From assembly GCA_964016885.1 (NCBI GenBank), contig OZ024740.1, forward strand, positions 211,792,001 to 211,856,000: a DNA stretch of 64,000 nucleotides, written 5' to 3'. The notes under the pieces are model-generated. The model made no database searches and had not been told where the DNA came from. It saw only the letters and a list, made by a program, of their open reading frames with translations. The position numbers and the translations under genes are program-made. Shown here piece after piece: positions 59,301 to 64,000 of the stretch. The number at the start of each line of letters is the position of its first letter. The first letter of the stretch is position 1. The DNA comes from Eledone cirrhosa. Its lineage: Eukaryota.

Positions 59301-62266
59301 ATTCGTGATCTGTGTGCTTGATTTAGATAGGCTTCATAGACGAGGACCCGGCTACTGGAAGCTAAACGCGTCCTTACCAGCGCGCAAGGCCTACAGAGAC
59401 CGGATTAGCGAACTAGTTAAGCGGGCGTTGACGGGGCCATCGTCAACAACAAGTGGTGCTTTGCTCTGAAAAGAGCGATTAGAATAGAATCCATTAGGTT
59501 TAGTAAGGCTTTAGCAATAGAGAAAAATAGAGCAGAGGGAGAATTAGTGAGAAAATTAGACGAGGCGCTTAGCAAAGGCATTGCGACCGACGTGCTTGCG
59601 GCGAAATTGGCCCTTGACCAATTCTTCAATGCAAAGCACGAAGGCTGCGTTGTCAGAGCTAGGGTGCGTGATCTCAGACACGAGGGGACGAAAGCCGTTC
59701 AATGGGCCCGAGTGGCGGAGGCGCGTTGTGGCAACAAAGCCACGATCCGGTCTTTGGTGGCACGACGGGCGCATGCTACTCGATCCCGGGCAAATGTGTG
59801 AAGCTTTTCAGCGACACTTCGCTCAGCTGTTCGGGGGCAGCGGTGGGCCGGGTCGAGGATGGACTTTAGTGTCTACCTCGACGGACTGCCGCGGCTCTCG
59901 GCCACTGAGGCGGAGTGTTGCGAAAAGCCGATAACAGCCGCTGAAGTACGGGAGGCAATGACTGGCTGCACAAGTGGTAAATCGCCTGGTTTGGATGGTC
60001 TGCCCTATGAACTTTACGTACAGATGCCAGACTTGTTCGGGGGCCTCTTGGCGGACGTCTACTGCAACTGGCAACAGAACGGGATAATTCCCAGCTCTGT
60101 GAGCCGAGGAGCGGTGGCACTGCTGAGAAAGGATCCGAACAAGGGGGATAACATAGATAATTTCAGGCCCATTACTCTGCTAAACACAGAGTTCAAGATT
60201 TTGGCCAAGGTGCTAGCAAAGAGGTTGGCGCTTGTCGTTGGTGGTCTGGTGGGAGAGGCGCAGACATGCGCCATTCCCGACAGATCCATCCACGACAACC
60301 TCCACCTCATGCGATACATCGTAGAGAGGGTAGCTAGGAAACCTGGCACGGGTGGGTCCTTGATCATTTTAGATCAGTCGAAAGCTTTCGATATGGTCGA
60401 CCATCGTTACCTAGCGGCAGTCCTGAGGGCGGCTGGCTTTGGGCCCGTCTTCAGAGGCTGGATCGCTGCCATGCACAGCGACATCTGCTCTGTGGTGAGA
60501 GTGAACGGTCCCCTTTCGGAACCGTTCAACATAATGCGCTCAGTCCGCCAAGGATGTCCCCTCTCGTCCCTCTTGTACGTATTGACTCTCGAGCCATTAC
60601 TGCACAAACTGGAGACGTTGAGGGGGATCCCGTGCGAACTAGGATGCGGAAGATCCGTGTCAGCATAAGCGGACGATGTCACCGTAGTGGTATCGAACGC
60701 CAAACACATCGAGGCGATCGGCACTACACTAAGAGAATACGAAGCGGTGACAGGAGCAATGATCAACCAGGAAAAGTCAGTGGGCCTGCAGCTCGGCACC
60801 TGGAGAGGCAGGTCCATGCGGTCCAACAGCGTCGTCGGACGCTGGACGGACGGACCGGTTAAATTGCTAGGGTTCTGATTCGGTCCGGACCTCCAGACGG
60901 ACAAAAACTGGGACGAGGTGACGAGCAGGGTGGCTTCTCTCACCCAGAAATGGGCGGAGAGGAAGCTATCCCTGAAAGGTCGAGCGGAGGTGGCTAACGC
61001 GTACATCGCGTCTGTCATCTGCTACCGCCTGACCATCGTACCTTGTCCTAAGCCCCGCCTGTCTGCGCTGGAGCGTTTGTTCTTTCGCTTTTTGTGGAAG
61101 GGACGCTCTCCGATGGTCAGGCGGTCCACCCGCTACGTGGATGGCTGGGCATGCTGTGGCTGATGATGCGCAGACACGCGCTCAGGCTACGACATCTCCA
61201 CCTCTTCCTCGACGGTGATCAGGTGTGGTCGCTGTTTGCTAGACACGTATTTCCCCAGCTCGTTTCCTTGACGAAGCTGCAGTCCTGGGTCAAGCGAAGA
61301 CCGAGAGGGAGCGCCTGGAGACTGGAATGTCTTCAGGCGCTCACAGCCCTCGACCAATCGGGCAATGTGATCGGTGGAAACTCCACCTCGACGTTCTATA
61401 GAGGATTAGTGGAGGGGAAGAGCGACGACGTACTTGGGGAAACTCTAGGCGTCGACGAAAATCAACGAGCCAATCTCTTCGGAAGAACTTTCGGGCCGGG
61501 ACCTATGGACAACTTCCAGAAATCTCTGGCCTGGCAGTGCTACCGAGGAGCCTTGCCAGTTCGGGATAAACTCTACAGGCATGGAGGTGCCGTCAGTCGG
61601 GCATGTCCGAGATGCGCGCAGGGCGACGAAACCGTCCTGCACGCACTCGCCCAGTGTCCGAAAATTGCTGACTTGTGGGTTTATGTCGAACACCTGCTGC
61701 CACGTGTAGGACGGATCCAGCTATCAGCTGAGTCCATCGTGAGGATTGCCCCGCCCTCTTCCTTTAGCCGGGAAGGGCAGGCAGTTTTTATCTGTCTGGT
61801 GGCCATGGCGAAAGAGGTAGTATGGTGGACACGTTTGAAAGGGCTGAAGACGAGCACTCTTCGGTGATGCCCTGATTAACTTTTTCAAATTTCATTTGAA
61901 AAGGAAAATCAGGGTAGAGAGGGAAGTGCTCTCTTCCCAGCATTTTGTTCAAAGATGGGTGAGAGAAGCAAGAATGGCCCGAGTGAATGGGCCTACTCTG
62001 AGTACGTATCTGTAAATTAAAAGTGGAAAACTGGGAGAGGGCACTTGCCTTGGTGGTCAGGGTCACTGTGGCCTTTTACTGGGCTTTCTCCACAAATGTC
62101 CCTCCGAAGTCTCCCCCCTATTGGGGAATTTTTCATTGTTATTTTTTTGTTACATCCTCTGTTTTTGTTTTTTACACGCAGAAATGCCCATTTGTACCGT
62201 CCTGTATTGTCCTGCACTGTCCTTAATGTCTACATTATGTAAACCCTTGTGGTTAATAAAGAAATC
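56394..62266 (+). mobile_element. Full-length Tx1/L1-clade LINE, inactivated
   Basis: ORF1 starts at 56608, with S/N/T/P low-complexity tracts and the knuckle CFRCGSKTQLRAFC. ORF2 starts at 58613, with APE (SINARGL, VAVYAP, GDWN, YTDH), RT (QGCPLS, and YADD mutated to *ADD at 60666-60668) and zf CPRC...HALAQC. It ends aataaagaaatc. Confidence 0.93.
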
Positions 62267-62290
62267 ATTATTATTATTATTGTTATTACT

Positions 62291-64000
62291 CCTTGAGTCT
62301 CAGTCATTGATGTTAGTTAACTGGAAAGTTTGTTGGAATGAATATCAAGCCACTACCTGCAGCCTCAGATATTCAGGACGTATCGGAGGGTTCTTGCTGT
62401 TCCCAGCAAGCATGCCTTTTGAAGCGTTCCAAAAAGCGTGAAGGAGCCGATTTTCTTTAACCATCCCTGGAAACTTTTTGAGATAGTCCCTAGTGCGCCT
62501 ATGACAATCGGGATCACTTTGACTTCATGGCAGTTCCAAATCCTTTTTACCTCCCACTTTAAGCCCTGGTATCGGTTAATTTTCTCCCTCTCCTTCTCTT
62601 GCACTCTCGTGTCGAATGGGCAGGCCACATCCACAATCAGGCACGATCTTTTTTCTTTGTCCACAACCACCAGGTCAGGTCTATTGTGTTCCAGTTTCTT
62701 GTCCGTCTGTATCCTAAAATCCCACAGAACCTTCACCTGATCGTTCTCTATCACCGCCTCTGGCTTATGCTCATACCATTTCTCAGAATGTGGTAAATTT
62801 TTACTTTGCACAGGTGCCAGTGAATCACCCTGCCCATCACATCATGTCTCCAGCCCTTATAGTGGGTTTGGGCTAGGTGTTTACACTCGGATACAATGTG
62901 AGCCACAGTCTCCTCTCTCTCTCCACAGATCCTGCACAGTGGGCTAGCCTCCTCCTTGTAAATATGGTGTTTCAACCACTTCGTTTTGAGGGCCTGCTCC
63001 TGCGCAGCCATTAACATTCCTTCTGTAGCCTTTTTAAGGTCTCCTCTTTTCAACCAGTTCCATGTCTGTGGATCTCTAAATTCAGTTTTCTCAAAGAACG
63101 TACTATGAAGGGATTTTTCCTGAAGGCTGCTCTTTCTCCTTGATGTTATTTCCTCCTTGGACATCCCCTGGCCTATTGTCCCCTCCTTCAGTACAGTTCT
63201 GAGCATTGGCTCCTTACTATCAGTCACGTATTTGTGTAGGTTGTTTTTCTCCATCTGAACACAATCCTCTATGCTGATAAGACCTCTTCCACCCTCAGAT
63301 CTCCTTAAGTAGAGTCTATCGACATCACTCCTCTTGTGGAACATGTTGTAGATAGTCAATAGCTTCCTAGTTTTCCTATCCATTTCTTTTTGTTCAGCAA
63401 CATTCCATCCCAGAATTCCCGCACTGTACCTAATAATAGACACAGCTCGGGAATTTACTGCGCTTATGGCATTTCTGCTGTTCAGATGTGACTTCAATAC
63501 GCTCCTTACTCTCCGAATGTATTCAGTTCTTAACAATTCCTTCATTTTTTTGTTCTTTATGCCATCAGCCTCCAGAACGCCCAAATACTTGTATCCTTCC
63601 TCAGAGTCAGAGTCGATTTCCTTTATCATCTCACCTGTTGGTATCTGGATTCCGTTACTTCTGCTCAACCTACCCCTCCTCATCACAATGACTCCACACT
63701 TACTAATACCAAATTGCATACATATATCACTGCTGAAAATACGGACAGCGTCAACAATCACATCCATCTCCTTCTCACTCTTCCCGAAGAGCTTAAGATC
63801 GTCCATGAAGAGGAGGTGATTGATGGTAAGCCCTCCCTTTCCCAACCTGTATCCTGCTCTCACTTTTCGCAGTACACTGGTCAGGGGCATCAGGGCAAGG
63901 ACAAACAACAGAGGGGACAGACTATCTCCCTGGAAGATACCTCTCTTGATCTTCACGCTTCCCAAGGATTCTCCAGTTGATGTCAACTCTGTTTCCCAGG
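62291..64000 (-). mobile_element. Dong/R4-like RLE non-LTR retrotransposon (3' part)
   Basis: RT GIFQGDSLSPLLF and LFMDDLKLF, knuckle CRIC...HIVSEC, and RLE RPDLVVVDK...DVACP...PIVIGALG. One frameshift near 62800. It continues beyond the window. Confidence 0.92.

Overview
AT-rich animal genomic DNA, not prokaryotic. The SINE and LINE repertoire and the microsatellite density point to an octopod cephalopod (inference). Most of the window is degenerate transposable elements: RTE LINEs including a GC-rich BovB-like copy, a Tx1/L1-like LINE, Dong/R4-like and CRE RLE-LINEs, Penelope, Gypsy LTR elements, Helitrons, Tc1/mariner, hAT and tRNA-derived SINEs. Host sequence consists of three phase-compatible + strand exons of a CCDC13-like gene (5211-5287, 17330-17429, 25296-25514) and a disrupted HtrL/YibB-like gene on the - strand (54004-55013). 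The most unusual signal is a cluster of about seven different minimal type I hammerhead ribozyme folds between 26.9 and 48.3 kb. Most lie in (TA)n-flanked fold-back mini-elements, resembling Penelope-derived, retrozyme-like units. Also notable are a large inverted duplication with two outward-facing Helitron 3' ends, three LINEs nested in one (TTA)n tract, and an in-frame TAA just before a strong splice donor in CCDC13. All calls were made by eye without database searches, and repeat boundaries are approximate.
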